A DNA stretch of 63,081 nucleotides, counting the filler, from Octopus bimaculoides (taxonomy: Eukaryota): NCBI RefSeq assembly GCF_001194135.2. It is 5 parts of 4 records of this genome, joined end to end, with 100 filler letters (N's around TTAATTAATTAA, not from the genome) between each part and the next. Parts side by side here need not be neighbours in the genome. Positions count along the whole stretch, not along the records: positions 60,219 to 63,081 come from NC_068981.1; 4 more parts are not named here. One strand, given 5' to 3'. The notes beneath the pieces are model-generated. The model saw only the letters and a program-made list of their open reading frames with translations. It was not told where the DNA came from and did no database searches. A program made the translations under genes and the position numbers. Shown here piece by piece: positions 62,110 through 63,081 of the stretch (positions within the stretch are counted from its first letter, which is position 1; each line of letters starts with the position of its first letter).

Positions 62110-62375
62110 TGTCTGTCTGTCTGTCTGTTTGTGTTCGTCCCACCACCATTGCTTGACAACTGATGTTGGTGTGTTTATGTCCCCATAACTTAGCGGTTTG
62201 GCATAAGAGAGCAATAAAATAAGTACTAAGCTTACAAAGAATAAGTACTGGGGTCGNNNNNNNNNNTAAGTACTAAGCTTACAAAGAATAAGTACTGGGG
62301 TCGATTTGTTCAACTAAAGGCGGTGCTCCAGCATGGCCACAGTCAAATGACTGAAACAAGTAAAAGAACAAAAGA
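61930..62375 (+). mobile_element. Full-length SINE family B
   Basis: GATAAGTAGCTTGGTTACCAACCACATGGTTCC head through the GGCGGTGCTCCAGCATGGCCACAGTCAAATGACTGAAAC tail. Confidence 0.88.
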
Positions 62376-63046
62376 ATACATTAAACATAAACACAGAAAC
62401 ACACACTGTGAACACGCGTAGAAACAAACACATAAACACACACACACATACACACATTATAAACTCACAAATGTACACATTATAAATACACAAACACATC
62501 CAAATGACAGGAAAAAAAATAAATAAATAAAAACATTCCTAATTGTCACATTTAATCTACACTAAGCTAATCTATTTACATATCTTATATCAACATGAGA
62601 AGAACTAATTTCTGCAGTGGCTTTAGTCACTGTTGCCTGCTAATGTACCAGAAACATATATCATTTTACTCCATTCATTATGAAATGAGAGAAGACAAAA
62701 TGTAGGTTATGAAAGTCCATTGAAGCATGACATTATAGATTTTTTCAGTAAAAGAAGAAAATAAGCAGATTTTTATTCGATTCAGAGCGATACATTATTC
62801 TTTTTCATAGTTTGTGAGCAAATACTTTCTGATAGATATATATATACCCTTTTACTGGTTTCAGCCAATGAAGTGTGAATGTGAATGTGGCCATGCTGAA
62901 ACATGTCCTGTAAGGAATTTTTAGTCCATCATACCGAGTTCCTGCCATCTCCCGTTGATTGTTCTATTGCTTTCTAATCAGTAAATGGCAAAGTTATATT
63001 TCTATGAAAAAAAAAAAAAAAACCAGTTCAACACGCATACAATATG

Positions 63047-63078
<32 letters not shown>

Positions 63079-63081
63079 TAT

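Noticed and set aside
62220-62300. 36-bp direct duplication inside a SINE (and a similar one at 14660-14760)
   Set aside because: It flanks a 10-N gap, typical of unmerged contig overlap.

Overview
AT-rich, microsatellite- and transposon-dense eukaryotic DNA. The tRNA-derived SINE families point to an octopus genome (inference; species not provable). The window is not one contiguous locus: four identical 100-bp linkers (44 N + TTAATTAATTAA + 44 N) join five segments (1-29150, 29251-45788, 45889-53277, 53378-60118, 60219-63081). Segment 2 holds one real gene that the ORF track misses: eight phase-compatible GT-AG coding exons on + (29630-40356) encoding a PWWP-domain protein (VWVKFNKYPFWPAL...IRFFG; MUM1/PWWP3A-like). 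Its 5' end is missing and its body is CpG-depleted. An orphan first coding exon (ATG TTA GAT AAA|GTAAGT, minus strand, 46281-46292) lies just across the next linker and may be its missing start. The rest is SINEs, RTE, L2/CR1-like, R4/Dong and Penelope-like retroelement fragments, mariner/Tc1 fossils, Helitron pieces, MITEs and simple repeats. The most striking unannotated signal is a set of type I hammerhead ribozyme motifs. One near-complete motif (minus, 17345-17387, GUC site, palindromic stem III) caps a 139-nt rod inside a ~290-nt structured unit, a candidate retrozyme or Penelope terminal repeat. A second lies at 513-606 (+), and two degenerate relatives lie near 19421 and 50660. All alignments and folds were done by eye; TE boundaries are approximate.
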